Shown here: positions 1 through 14,128 of the stretch, piece by piece
Layout: each line of letters opens with the position of its first letter
How positions within the stretch are numbered: the stretch's first letter is position 1
Origin: Balanoglossus misakiensis
Taxonomy: Eukaryota; Animalia; Hemichordata
Assembly (NCBI GenBank): GCA_040954595.2
Contig: CM082585.2
Span: forward strand, 12,204,341 to 12,268,340
DNA: 64,000 nt
Direction of reading: 5' to 3'
Notes under the pieces: generated by a model
The model's input: the letters and a program-made list of their open reading frames with translations, nothing else
Database searches by the model: none
Told to the model about the DNA's origin: nothing
Made by a program: the position numbers and the translations under genes

Positions 1-126
1 ACATCAGTGTTGTGTGTGAAAACCTTCCCATGGACTCCTGTTTGGAATGGTCCCATGGCTGGACTGAACCATTTTCACAGGATCAATGGGGATGGTTTCA
101 AGGGTTATGTCAGTAACAGTGGTCAC

Positions 127-3100
127 CTTATGGCTTGTCTACTTCGACCAGTCTCACTGGGGTTGCAACAAATAACAAAAATAGCATCAGTGATGGTGGG
201 TTGATTAGTGGTGAAAATTAACTGGGGAACTTGAACTTAAAATGGCAACATATCACCTCCGACAGGTTTCTGTTTTAGCAATAAACTTCCAATTTTCATC
301 TGTGCATTTGTGGTACATTTTTGGAGGATATAGAAGGTGCCCGATACTGTTTTGTGTAGGTAGTCAGCAAAATGTTGAACTTGTACAAAAAACTCCTACT
401 AGATTACACTTCCAGGCAAACCTCTCTCTCCAGCTCTCTCATTCTTAAAACCAGTAAGAGGTCACATACAGGTCATGTGCTCAGAATGAACCAATCACTA
501 GCTTTCTGTCACTATTTTACATTTTTTGCCACTCATTCTCGCAACTGCATACAGAAGACTGCAAAAATAACATTCTGACAAGAGAGGAAAACAGGAAGTT
601 TTGAGAAACTTTGGCAATAAAACAAAAATGCAGCAAACCTGTTGTTTTGTTTTCCTTTACGTGTTAAACTGCGTAAAGCAGCCTTACTGAGCTGGGTTTC
701 TTCAAGACTGACTGTCAGCAGATCTGCCTTCTTATGATCGCTACCGATGCATTGTGGGAAAGGAAGTTAACCAACACCATTATAGAGGAAGGGGTAGCAG
801 GGTGAGATGCAAAAAATTGTTACAACAAGTAAAACAAGACAATTCTCAATAGCATGCATTATAAGTGGAAGCCACACACCAATGTTAAACACACATTTGA
901 AAACTTCGCATGCAAGCGTTAAAAGCCCCAAATAATAACAGAAAGCAATGACTTTTGATGACCAAATGATACATGCATGAATGGATAACTTAGCCCATCT
1001 TTAATATGTTAACATGTATAAAATAAAATATGAGATGTCAGAATTACAAAATCACCACCAACTGATATGAAATGCATACCCATTATTCTGAAGGAACAAA
1101 TACATTGGTAGCATTCTTTCAAACGTTGTACCTGAGTCACATGCGTTAGTGGATACGTTTACATTCAGCCTTATCATCTCGTTTATTGTTTATGGGGTAC
1201 ACTAACAAGCAATTTTCATGCTGTCTTTTTGTCCAAAAACAATATTTGAGAAATATTGGCCAATCACTCGTTGAGAGAACTGATCTGCCTAACAAGAAGT
1301 GATAGACAGTGTTTCTTACTCTGAGATAATCCTGTGTCAATATTTTCGCCATCATTATCATATATATACTTAAAACTCCACACAATGGCACACACAACAG
1401 CACACACACACACATTCGCATGCACAAACCACACTCAAAGTTGCAAAAGGTGCTGACCACCTGTTTTTACGCTTGTGTAAAAATTCATATCATTATCAGT
1501 CCAAGCAACCAGAACACAAATCTTGGTTTTGCTTTCCACTGAACTTTTTAATTTTCACCAAATAACTACTTGTCTCTGACAGGACAGGACTGTCAAATAC
1601 TCACCTAACATATATATCATCTTCCCTGTCAAGCAAGGGATATTCCTGTCCATGACTATCTTTAGTCACACTGTGAAAGACCACTTGTTTGCCATCTTGA
1701 TCTCCATATGGACCACTGCCCCTCTTACCACGCTTAGATTTGGGTTTGACTGCTGGCTCTGCAGGCACCTTGGCACCAGCACCAGTGTACACAAAATTTG
1801 GGCTGGGACTAACACCTGTTGAAATCACAAGACCACAATAAATATGAACAGCTTGTTGCATACAGTGTAGGTAGAATATTGGACCTTTAAAGAGGGAACT
1901 GGGGTGAAAGGGTTAAATTCACAAGACTTGACTCACTTCTCCTTCCTTCCTCTTCTTCAGCTTCCAACCTGATCTGTTCTCTCCTCACAGCCGCTTCTCT
2001 CAACAAATCTCCCATGTGACCTAGCAGTTTTCTCCTTGCATTGTACGTGTCTCTTTCAGCGTGTGTCAGTGCATGGTACGGCATGTGTGCTATGCGGCGA
2101 TCCTACATAATACCACAAATGAACACATTTCAGTCTCAGTGTCACACCAACTTATCATCCTTGCTGATTCTTTCATCATTGAGCTGGATGGAAGGTCATA
2201 TAGGGGTATTGAATATGGCCACTTACATTTACCGGTACAGTCAAATGAATAACAAGCCATTCATTACAATTTACATGCAAGGCAAAAGGCCAACACACAA
2301 ATTAATCAATACATTCTAAAGTTGCATCATGGCAGATTGCTGAAGAATAGGATTGCAATGAAAGTCTTCTGTATGTTGATCAAAAAACATGGGATCTGCA
2401 GTCAAATCACTTCCTAAAATAAGATCCCTTGTCAAAACTGGTCTGAAAGGGGGTCAGTAGGTATTCATACCAGGTCAAGGGATGAAAGTACCTGGGTAGT
2501 AAAAGTATTCAGTGAATGGGTAATCATCTAAGATAGATTACAAAGACGGCAATTGCAAAATCAGTTCAAAGAGTAGACTGCAATTCAAATGTTTGGAATG
2601 CATGCAAAGAGGCCAAGAGATCAATTAACTGTACCCTTTTTTCCTTCAAGATGAACTGTCACAAATAAGAAAGATGAACATAAAACTTTCAAAACTAAAT
2701 CGTCTGTAATTTCCTAAATGTGTTCTGTAAATGTGTTCGAAAATGGCATTGACAACAAAAGATTTATACATTTCAATTACAGATATGCATGAATAGAACT
2801 TGAACAGAACATGATTTATGAGGCAAGAAATAAAAAATCTTGTACTAGAGTATAAATGTCACTCACCAAATTGAACATCCAGTAGGCATAATCAACAGCA
2901 GTACCAAGCTGACGTTTACTGCCGACAGCGATAGGTGCTAGAATATTGGCACCTGCTTCTATCAGTTTATCAATCTGTAATAGTCAAAGGGCTATAAATG
3001 AGACAACATCAAATACAGAATTGTGTCATTGATGAAACGTTGATGCAACTAAGATATGTCTTACCAACTTTTGAAACACTAATTATGAGGCACAAGTCAC

Positions 3101-6100
3101 CCATGCATTCCTTTACTACATCAAACGACTGTACAAGTTAACATACCAGTTGAATTCTCTGTTGTGGAGTTCTTCGATGTTCAAATGCTGTGTTAGATGC
3201 CGCACACAGGGCACTGCCAATGCCATGTCCAAGTGGTAGACTCGGATTAGCTCTGTGGGATAGTAGTTCATCTATAGCCTGGTTTAAAAACAAAAGCAAC
3301 AATGATGAACCAAATCAAAATGACGTTTATGACATATATGTAGCTTAAAAAATTAGTTATCAGGTTCAATCTTGGTTTTTCACATGAGCCTATAGTTGTT
3401 AGAATAGACAACACTTACCAGATCATTGCCACTGCTGATAGCTAAAGATAATGGAGACTGTCCCAAACACAACACGTTGGGATTGGCACCGTATTCCAGT
3501 AGAAGCTTGACCACTTGTTGTGCAAGCTGAAAGAAACACAACATTTGATTGGCTTGTCAGGATTGTTGGTAACAGCAGAGTCAGATTACTCGTTTGTCAA
3601 CTGGTTACATCGACACATTCAACTGTATTTTGGTGGTTTAGTTATTGACCAGAGTCAATTACAGAATCATACCATGAAATAAATATCGCAGATAAGTGGA
3701 AAACAGTTCAATCCCTTGAAACATACCTTATGGTTGTCATCTCTGTGACATGCAATATGCAGAGGAGTGCGACCACCCACATTGTCACCACGTTCTTCAA
3801 GTTCAAGACTCAACATACTGACACTGTCGTCTAAACCGGCTTTCATCTTGACCGGGGTAGTGGAGAGAAGTTCTTCAGCCTGTACAAACAACCACATACA
3901 GATTACAACCCTTGTTTCTTTTGCCTTGTCAAAATGATTGTATACAAACTTGAATTCAAGAAAGATTCTAATAACCATTTTTCTGTGATGAGAGTTGAAA
4001 CCATGTTAGGAGAGTTGTATAAAAGGGTTATAAAAAGGAGGCATATTCTAATCAACATGGGTGTAGTCTGCCTAACCTTATCCTGGTCATCATCTTCATG
4101 AGCACGGACATTCGGATCGGCTCCGGCACGCAACAATAATCCAGTGATCTCCACACCCTCCTCGCCCGGAATTGCTGATGCAATATGAAGTGGTGCCAAT
4201 CCTCCTTTCTGTCATCAACACCACAAAGAAGGAAAATAAGATTTATCCACTTCCAGATTTCAGATATCATTATGTATCATAAAGATGAAAATTCAGAGTG
4301 CATGCATTTTCCAGACCTTGCTTTTGTGTGTAATAAACCCCTGCAAATGACAAGTCATATAAATATAAAGACTCACATCATCTGAAAGTCTAGCACAAGT
4401 GAAAGCTCCTTTCTCCAGTAAAACCCTGACAGCATCCACATCTGCAGCTTTGATGGCAAAGAAAATAACAGCCATGGGAACGTTGGACGCGTTGGGATCT
4501 GCCCCTCGTCTCAGCAGTAATCGGATTGTAGCCTCCATGTTGACATGTCTGAAATTAACAGAATATTATACGGATAACTATTAATATGGTCTTTCTGCAT
4601 CAAAGAAATATTAGGACCATAAAAGCAGTACTTTCCCTAAGCCAGTGCATGGCAATTACCACTGCAGATCTAGTTCACCCTCAAAGAAAATATGAAACAT
4701 CCTTGATTCAGTAGTTTGAGAGCCTACAATTAGACTACCAATACCTGATGCATAATATGGGAAAGAACCATTTATTACTTACTCAGCTTTCTGTAGCGCT
4801 AGAATACGAGCTGTTCCTAGACCAGGTTCTGTACACTTGGATGTACGGCCACTTACAATTCTCCTGTTTGTACTCAAGGCAGTTGCACTCCTGTCGAGTA
4901 ATTTCTCAGTCACTTCAATGCCGTAATTACGAAGACTGGCATTTGATTCAAAGTCGTCACCCGCAGAATCTGGTGAGGTTGCCGAGGTAACATCCAAGAT
5001 GTCTTCATCTCTCCAGTCAAATTCCACCTCCTGATTGTGTTTGAGTTCATTTTCAATTTCCCTCTCGATGGCATCAGAAACTGGATCGTGGTACCCACTT
5101 TTCTTAGCCTCACCTTCTTCTTCATTCCCTTCATCGTCCATCGGCTTCATCAAATATTTCTCTGCAATGTTGTACTTGAAAGAAGTGATTGGATAGAAGA
5201 AAACATGGCACGCTGCCAGAGCTGAGATTCCTTCATTGTTGAGTTTATTGACATCAGCACCATGGTCTAAAAGACAGTTGATCACATCCTTGTGCATATT
5301 CACCTGTATATGAAACACAACAGTCCAACATAAGAATGGAAGACAGTTTCTTATAAGTTTCTTACAAGTTACTTATAAGTTTCTTCAACTTATTTTATGA
5401 TGAAAGATGACTTACAGCGGCAGCCAGCAGTGCTGTGTTTCCATGTTTATCACAAACATTCACATCAACATCACCATTACTGAGTAAAGTGTAGACAGTC
5501 TTCAGCTGTCCCTGACACGCAGCTTGGATAAAAACCTCAGATGCCAATTCTATCGGTCCCTTCTCAGAGAAACTCCCTCGCTCACCTGTGATGGAAACAA
5601 GGAAATATTGTAAAGGCTCAGAAAGTCCATCAGTGCAATGGAACTGTAGCATCACAGTGGGAACATCAATATATTGATTGACTCTCTGACATCTTTCTCT
5701 GTGGTTAAACTGAATAGGTGCATTGTTTTTAAATTATGTATGGAATGTTTACACATTGGAGTGACTAATTATCCCCCCAAAATATATTTGAACATTTTGG
5801 TTTTAATATGATCTGAAATTATCTGAACTCATTTGGTCCTGGTCTTTATTCTCAAAAGTACTCTAGATACATGTGTCTTCTTCTGTAATTGTACAAGGAT
5901 CATATTTTAAGGTTATCATTTCTTAAAAATGCAACAAGAATATGGAGATATAAAAGATCCAAGTAATGTGTGCTCTACACGATCTCATAAACATATTGCC
6001 ACTCGGTTGATATCATTGTGTGTTCACAAAGTGGACGATTGAACTCTTTCTACCAATCATCAAGGAGGTCATGGTACAATGGCTTTTTTATGTCGGTCAA

Positions 6101-9100
6101 GAGACTTACAATAGCTGCACAGAATCCACACACTTGATTGTGGAGGCAAGTCACCAGGATTATCTATCAAAAACTGTTCTTACATTGTTTTGTTGCCTGG
6201 ATTGATGTACATGTACATGTAGTTTTCTTTCAATTAATGAATTAATGTGTGACTAGACTTGGTTCAAATCAAATGCAGGTTTATTTCTACCATGAAAACA
6301 TTATTTGATGAAACTCACCAGCAATCACCTGATTGACATCAAATGTCACATTCTTCTGTCTCCCTCTGTGTTTGTACATATGCTTCTGTATGTTCATAAA
6401 ACTTGGTGTGTTGTTGAGTGCTGTAAATATCCCGGCATCTTGGTCATCTTCAGGGTTGGTCTGCCCCTTAAAGAATACCTTGTCATATTCCACTTTGTCA
6501 TAGGTCAGCGTGTCTAAATCTACACTAGTCCCAGTACTCGGTTGGAACGATGTAAAATCAAGAATTTCAGCGTTTGCAATCTTCTCCAGTTCTGCCCGCA
6601 AATCGCTGACTTCTAGCTCGCTTGGGTCATTGACCCCGTTTATAGATTCCTGAAGTTCTTTTTCAAGTTCTTCTTTGGCATTGATGTTTTTGATGTGTCC
6701 CTGTGGATCATAGTCAAATTCAGGGTGGTCCTTCATCGTGAAAATGCCGTCTATAGCAGTGCAGAGTTTAACAAGTCTCTCCTTGTGCCAAACACCAACA
6801 TCCTGCCGGCCATCTTTGTAGGTCTGGACTCCTGGCCCCTCTCTCTCATCACCTTTGTAAAGGCCCTGGCAGAGAAAAAAAGGGGAAAAAATTATCTTTT
6901 ATCTCATTAATTCACTTTAAATGCACAGTAAAGCAACAATGTTGGGTCTGGTTAGACCATGAATTAATAAACCAAGTCTATTGTACAGCATCTTGTCAAC
7001 AGACAGTATTGACAAATGTCTTGTGATGTTTGTTTGCATTATTTATGGTACAGTTTACCAACTTATTTAAGGCCTTTTGAGAAAATATTTTGTCCACAAC
7101 ATACCAAGGTATCTAAACCTCTAAAAAGAGCACCAATGTGAAACCTGATAAGATATTTACTTGCAATCAAGACGACTCTACAATCACTCTAGCTACCATC
7201 AACAATCTGTAACAGTTCACACCTATCCTTACAAGCATAATACATCTAGAAACCATGGCTCCCGACTGAAATCATACAAGTATTCACATTGGTATAGTTC
7301 AGTGCAGGGATCTCAGAGTTCGATCTTTGGTCCACAAGGGATTAAGTCCAATGACCCATGAAAACCAACACACCGCTGGGTATACACTGCTGTGAGTATT
7401 TCAATGATTTATTATCTTATTGGCAGTGAGCTATGGCAGCCAATGAAGCATCTTATTACCCTGTTTTCAAATAACCAAACCTCCAGACATCTATTATTTA
7501 TGAACCTTTTCAACTGAATATGGCTATCGCGATTTGTTTACCATAGGTGTTCTTTGTGGGTTTGTTGGTTAATCACTGAGACTATTCGGTCTATGTATGC
7601 CAGAATTGGTGGTTTGTTGGTCCAGAAATCAGACAGCGTGAGATTAACTATGGTGTGTATTTAACTTACTTCAAATTTATCTCCATTGCAAAGTACAAAT
7701 GCTCCATAACCTTCCTTCTTATCACAGTAAAATGTCCCAGTGTATGTGGCTCCATCCGGCCAGGTGTATGTGCCGTAGCCATGGCGATGGTCTTTAAAGT
7801 AGTCCCCTTTGTAACTCTGTCAAATAAAAATTGAAGAAGTAATAAGCAAAAAAAATTCATAAATGTATACTGTTAATGTGTTTAGTCAGAATGCCAAATA
7901 CCAAATACAGTCAATCCACCCACACATAAATGAGCCATGCACAATGGTAATTTCCTACATTAGGCTTTAACAATGTTGGTCAGTTCCTCCTAAGACAAAT
8001 ACCATTCAATCAATTTGAGTGATTTCATTGTATATTCACCATGGTAACTCAGATCATTTTCTCTTTTCAGATCCAGATCTGTTTGCCGTTTGCTTTGCAC
8101 CAGATTAAATTCTTTGGAAGGTAAGGCAATGCCAGTCATTGATCAGAATAAATATGTGTACAATCAGACAGGTGCCACATGTGGAAATACATGTATTTTT
8201 AAACAGCCAAGAAATGAACATCCCTGTATAGTTTACCATACACTTTCATGCAAACAATCTTCTTTGAACTAAACATATTTAATTGTTGTGTTTCCTCGCA
8301 AATATTTTGAAACCATTTGACTGGTAGTACATTAGTATTTTCTTTGTATTAAAAGTCAACCGTTTGGACATGTCAGTGTAATGTTATGTAATGTGATTAC
8401 CTGTGTAGTGGAGATTAAACTTTTTTCCCCACTGTCAGTGTCAAGAAACTGGTGGCAAAAGTATTATGCAATTGTGTCTGCCATAGATAGCCGAGACTCT
8501 AACAGTCTAAACATTTTAGCAGCTCAAAGATTTCTGACTAGATACAATTTTGTTTCATTATAGATAAGAATGTCACATGTATTAACAATGCGACAGATGT
8601 ACAAAAGACCCAGCATTATTCTACCATGGATGCCTGTGAACACTAAAGGCAGGTAATTTTGATAATCCAATTCAGTAATCTGTTCTCACTGAGGGAATCC
8701 ATTGTGGGATAATCCTTCTTAACAAAGAAGCTGACTTACGTATGGTTGTTGACAAGTCTGAGAGCACAAAACAATTAAGACAACAGATACACAACATACA
8801 ATCCAATTTACATACATGAGCATATAGCTGTATCTAGTTGACAAACAACGTACAGCTAGCTATAAACATTTAGAAGTGGCTACATCATGTACATACCCAC
8901 TGTTTTAAGAATTAGTTTCCTCAACGAACACACCCATATAAAATGCCTGGATCTTGTCGTTATTTTAGCAAATGACATAATAATATACCATGGCAGTACT
9001 TAAACAGAATGCAGTAAAATTTACTGTTTAAAACATAGTAATTAGAAACATTTTATTGCAGAGACGGCACATAAGCTCTCTTTAAAATTCATTAATCAAT

Positions 9101-9725
9101 GATGAACAATCAACGTGCTTGAGGAAGTTAATTAGAGAGGCTCTCATTAGCTGGATGTTGCATTGATGAAACAAAGTAAATACTTGTATCAGGGAATTTG
9201 ATTATGTGTGAAATTTGAAAGAAAAATCAATTGATATCAAATTATTACTTATAAAAGAGAAAATGCTTAATATGGTCTAAAATTCATCATTATTGAACAT
9301 ATTGAAATTTATCATATAAAACAAGGAAAAGTCGTGAAATTTATAAAAACTATAAGTTTTGGCCAGGGTTATCAATCTGTCTTTTTTGGTGCTGAAAGTT
9401 ATGTTGACAAGATTCTACCTACCTCTCCATCACACCATGTGATTTCTCCGTAACCATGTCTCATATCACGGAGGAATTCTCCATCATATTTTGCTCCGTC
9501 AGCCCAATCTTGAACGCCTTTCCCAACTCTGACATTATCAGCAAACTGACCTGTATAACGATCACCATTCGGCCACACAAACACTCCTCGACCTTCCTTC
9601 TTTATACCTTCTTCAAGATGACCAGTGAAACTTGCACCCGATTTGTAAGCTTTGAAACCATCGTCAGTTTCTCTTTTTGCAGACCTGAGTCTGGGAAACG
9701 TGTAGTACTCTAGTTTGGACGGCAT
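127..9725 (-). CDS. ANKMY1: Ankyrin repeat and MYND domain-containing protein 1 (MORN + ankyrin repeats); 3' end lies outside the window
   Basis: Phase-compatible GT-AG exons on the minus strand: 9725-9423, 7816-7670, 6865-6319, 5585-5416, 5303-4783, 4548-4377, 4208-4077, 3879-3727, 3526-3419, 3278-3147, 2974-2867, 2102-1937, 1815-1605; putative 740-639, 346-257, 156-127. MORN repeats ([32 protein letters not shown]), ankyrin repeats ([19 protein letters not shown]) and the [13 protein letters not shown] segment match the ANKMY1 architecture. The MYND finger is not in the window. Confidence 0.9.
1879..1916. mobile_element. Partial copy of the TTAA/CCCTTTCACC element in an ANKMY1 intron
   Basis: ttggacctttaaagagggaactggggtgaaagggttaa is nearly the reverse complement of 53171-53210 and resembles the right end of 43770-43862. 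Confidence 0.7.
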
Positions 9726-10426
9726 TGCTCAACGATGGGCTATTTCCACTTCGATTTCCGATCAACTACGCGATCATTTGTGCGTACTTTATAATCATGT
9801 TGTGGTCCGTGTCGACAATGTTGTCCGATCACTAGAAATCAAAATGTCTACCTACAGAACAGGTTGCCACTCGACTCGGTTTGTATGTTGTGTCCAGAGT
9901 TCAATGTATTGTAGTATGGATAGGCACCAATGTAAACTTGCAAACTGTTATCAACAAACACAGATCTACCTTACGCTGGCCATCGCGAGCTCTCGTGTGC
10001 TTCAGCCATGTACCGCCGTTCCTCCTTGATCGACATTACTGTAAACAATAAATTCCTAGGCCGATCGTTGGACACAAACCTAAAAAATACCCCAGGTTCA
10101 CCACGGATTCTCTGTGGTACAGTTTGCGTTCATATTCAGGAAGTTGGCAGAGTATGTTTCATTTCACAATCTACAAGGGGACAGAAATGAACATAACGTG
10201 TATAACCCTGATATCAACGCTTGAAATGGAACAAGTATGCATGATTTCAAGTTGAAAAGTTATATTAAATTAATAGTCGGTGATATAGTTGAATTGGGTA
10301 CCATTTATTTGTACAAACAGGCACGGATTTACGTTGACACTGCAATGAACACCCTATCGTGAAATGGTATCTCCGCTTTTCCTACTCCGCGAAGCCGAGG
10401 ACTGCGACCTCAAAGGTCGTGTGTAC

Positions 10427-10439
10427 GTTGCTTGGTTAC
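10427..10439. promoter_or_regulatory. RFX X-box candidate in the divergent ANKMY1/BIVM promoter region
   Basis: GTTGCTTGGTTAC; its reverse complement GTAACC-A-AGCAAC fits GTNRCC(N0-3)RGYAAC. It lies in a CpG-rich stretch upstream of ANKMY1. Confidence 0.55.
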
Positions 10440-13400
10440 CGTAAACGATCTGTTGCACATGACTGTGGATGACTGCACGAACGGCCAAACAGGTGTTTCT
10501 TTTATCGCCAGATCGGTGGAAAGACAACAAATATCCCTAATAACATGCTGGCCAAGTTAGATTTAATATGTGAAAGCAATTTAATTGTAAAATGCTTCCA
10601 TATGGTAATTTGATCATGGGCTGCCGCACAGTGCGTGACGTAAGTCGTAACGTAGTGAGTCCAGCAGACACAGAGAGGGAGTCACTATAATATGAAGAAG
10701 TGGCATGTGAACAACAAACGTGTTATAAGAAATACAAATCATTTTGAACAATACAAATATAAATTAATCTGTTTAATATTATAACACTGAATGCTTTTTA
10801 TGTTTTCATATTATCTGCGCCTCAGCAAAAATAGATATTGCACCGCGGATGTTGATAAACAGTGCGGGCGTTGACCTTATAATGGTTGTCCACATCTCTA
10901 ACAAGTTAAAGATTTGTGTGAAAAGAAAGTTGTAAAACTTTGCGAAAAGTTATTTTTTTCTGGGACGACGGGATATATCATCAATCAATCACGCAGGCGC
11001 AGATCATTTGGCAGCCATTTTGAAATTCACCAAAACAAAAACAAATGGAAACGTACATAGCTGACAGACCGGCGTAAGTAGGCGGCGAGTCGTGTGTGGT
11101 GCAGTACAGGTGTCTGTTGACTCCCGTGCGGAAACAAAGCGAAATCGAGCCCTGGTTTCTGCATTTGCTTTGATTCTGACACTGAAGAAATTACAGATCA
11201 GAGAATTTTGAAGCAAATTGCAGTTGTATCGCTGAGAAAGTAAGTTAACCTAAGTATTCTTAGTACATTTATTAAGTAACTTAATTTTTAGTGTAATGTA
11301 CACATTCCTCATACCGTCAGTGATCGCAGACAAATATCCATAACAATACAGTATTGTTATGGATATTTGACTGCGATCGATATTTGGCGTTGATTGGCCA
11401 GCCTGGCTGAACGCAGTTCCCCGGCCAATCGCCAGCCAATGTCTTGATCTCGAGACTGTGGTCGAGCCAACGACCCGTGCGAGCGGACGATGCCACCCGG
11501 TCCGCATGTACAATCCTAGTTGTATGTACCGCTGAAATTGACCTGGGAATCGATCCGTTCTCTTCATAGGAATTTTACTTCCTCGTTGTAAAACGAGTTG
11601 GTCTGAATAAAATGTATTTTGACCCCGGCTGCAGTATTCTGATATAAATTAAGCTAAGATTTCCATGATCCAGTATATTATGATTAAAATAAATAAATCT
11701 ATAGTTGCAGGGGTTCAAAAATTGATGTTCAGTGCAGTTTTAGTGAGGGTATGGTTTCTTGGTATGTAGACAGACATCACTAATTTGTCAGGTGAGTCTG
11801 AAATAAAAGAAATGAAAAGGTTATGACTTTTGCTCTTAAAAAGTCATAAGTGAAATCCTAAATTCTGTAGTCTCATATATCTCACTCTCAAGATATCCAT
11901 TACAATCTCTGATGATTTAGTTAAACCATGTGCTGCTATGTACTTTTTATTTGATAATCAAGCATCTCAACACTTGCAAACCTGAATGAATAGCAGGAAA
12001 AAACAAAATTTGTGTGTGCAATACTCTGATGTGACCCCTTTAGAGCCGTCTGTCAATAACAGTGCTGCAATCGACAAGGGTAAAATCTATTTCCCAGTAA
12101 TATGTGAAATCAGATCTACTATGCAATTAAACTATGTGAACTCTCTGGGAAAGATGTAGATTATACACCGTAGGATATCTTGAAAACAAGGCATGAATAA
12201 TAATTTGATTAATACAGTAACAGTGATCGAAAGTATATTTACAAATCTCTAATGTGTAAATTTTTTATTAATTTTAATGTAATTGTATGTAGCATATTAT
12301 GTTGATTTTTTAGTGGAGCACGTATTTGGATTTTAGTAATGACAAATGATAGTAATTGATACATGGGGTACATTGTTGTTGATGAAAGATATTCTCTCCA
12401 AGCGTTATGTGCTCTGTAACGTAACTCAATACATGATGTATTTGGATACTAGTAGTATGTGCGTGCATTTCTGCAGCCAGAGTTATTACAATTTGCTGAT
12501 TGGACTGTGCGAGGGCTGTAGACAGACACTTGATTTGGCCGTTGTTTCACTCATACAAATGTGCAAAGTTTTTTTTTTCCTAATATAATTGGCCTTCAGA
12601 GCTTGATGTCGAACATTTGGCACTCTATTTGACGTTCATGTAAAGCTGAATTTACACAGTTCTCACCCATGATAGCTTCGCTAATTTATAGACAAAGAAG
12701 GCATAAGCGACAGCTGACAGTCTACTTGTAATTACTGTGGTGAATATACACCATATATTCCACTGGGTTGTCTGCAAATGTCAAGATGTCTGATAAATTA
12801 TGACAAAGGATTAAACTTAAACATGCCTGTTGGTATTGTAAGATCTGCCGTTAATCCAAATACAGTACAGACAAAATCACTAACAATAAGAAAAAAAAAA
12901 TCTAACGAAGTCATAAATACAATACTGACTGTCAACTGATATCTTGGGTGTGGCATTCTAAATGTCCAAATAAATACTGCAAGTTTCTGCAGCAACATCT
13001 TTTTAGCACGATTGCATATAACAGCCACACACAGTTTGTCATATGCTACCGGTAAACGTCTTCTAAATTTATGGTTGTAGGGTTTATGAAATTCATTGGG
13101 TACTGTATCAGCAATGTCAGGTTTTATCAGATGGCAGCAATATTGAGCTTATTATCAGATAAAAAAATTGGATGATTGTCCATCATTATCCACTGTCTGT
13201 CTGTCCTAGCTCTTACTATAACGCAAAAGTAAGCATGGGTTTTTATAGTATAATAAACACTCATCTTCAACTGAATTTGTGTCAAATCTATTCTAATGCA
13301 GATTTCATCTTGAACTTTCAGGTATGTATATATATAAAATTATAATCAGAAAACCTGTCATTGCTAATACATGTTCAGTACTATATCGACATATATTAAT

Positions 13401-14128
13401 CACAAAACTATAAATTTATGATGTCTAATCCTGCCAGGCTGAAAGCCATTATCTGCTGCTAGTGTAGGTTACATCTCATTCCATGTTAATAATCTTGATG
13501 TGTATATCTTCAGGCACAGGATTCAAGGGTGCTTTGTGGCATACGGCATACATGTATATTAGCACGACCACAATTGGATGATCAAACAGCCCTGAGCTAA
13601 ACAATGAATCAGGTCAACTTCACTGGGGAAAACTTTTATGTCGTACGTACATATGACGATCTACATGTAGTCAAACACTGAATTGGTATTGGGTTTAGCT
13701 AAGGGCATTTCTCTGTCTTAAAAAATACATGCTTTCCATCTCATAATCTAGTTTTACCACCGGGATGACAAAGTTGAAATGATGTGCTTTTGAATAATGT
13801 ATCATCAAATCACCCAACCATAGAAAATGGTTTTGTTCCTATGATGAAGGGATTACTAGATGACATTTTATCAGCAACGCTGTGTTTCATGTTAATTTGA
13901 TGCTCTAATTCACAACAGCTTCACAGAGTACCATCAAATTACTTTCGTTTCCTGTTATTTGTAGAACTTCATTACCCGACAAAGACAGAGATCTCCGGCA
14001 TGTCAACTTTTTTTGCAGTCATGGTAAGGGTGTAACTCGTTCAGTACGAAACTCACTGAACCCTCGTGTACTCGGCCGCATTGTGGGAATAATGTACCCT
14101 ACATTTATTTTTGTTTTTAGTTTGAAAA

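Noticed and set aside
5346-5386. 12-bp minisatellite (also the 21-bp duplication near 18475-18516) as a CRISPR-like array
   Set aside because: Head-to-tail slippage repeats without unique spacers, located in introns.
7285-7335. A-box/B-box-like words (tagttcagtg, gagttcgatc) suggesting a tRNA or SINE
   Set aside because: No cloverleaf and no second copy in the window.
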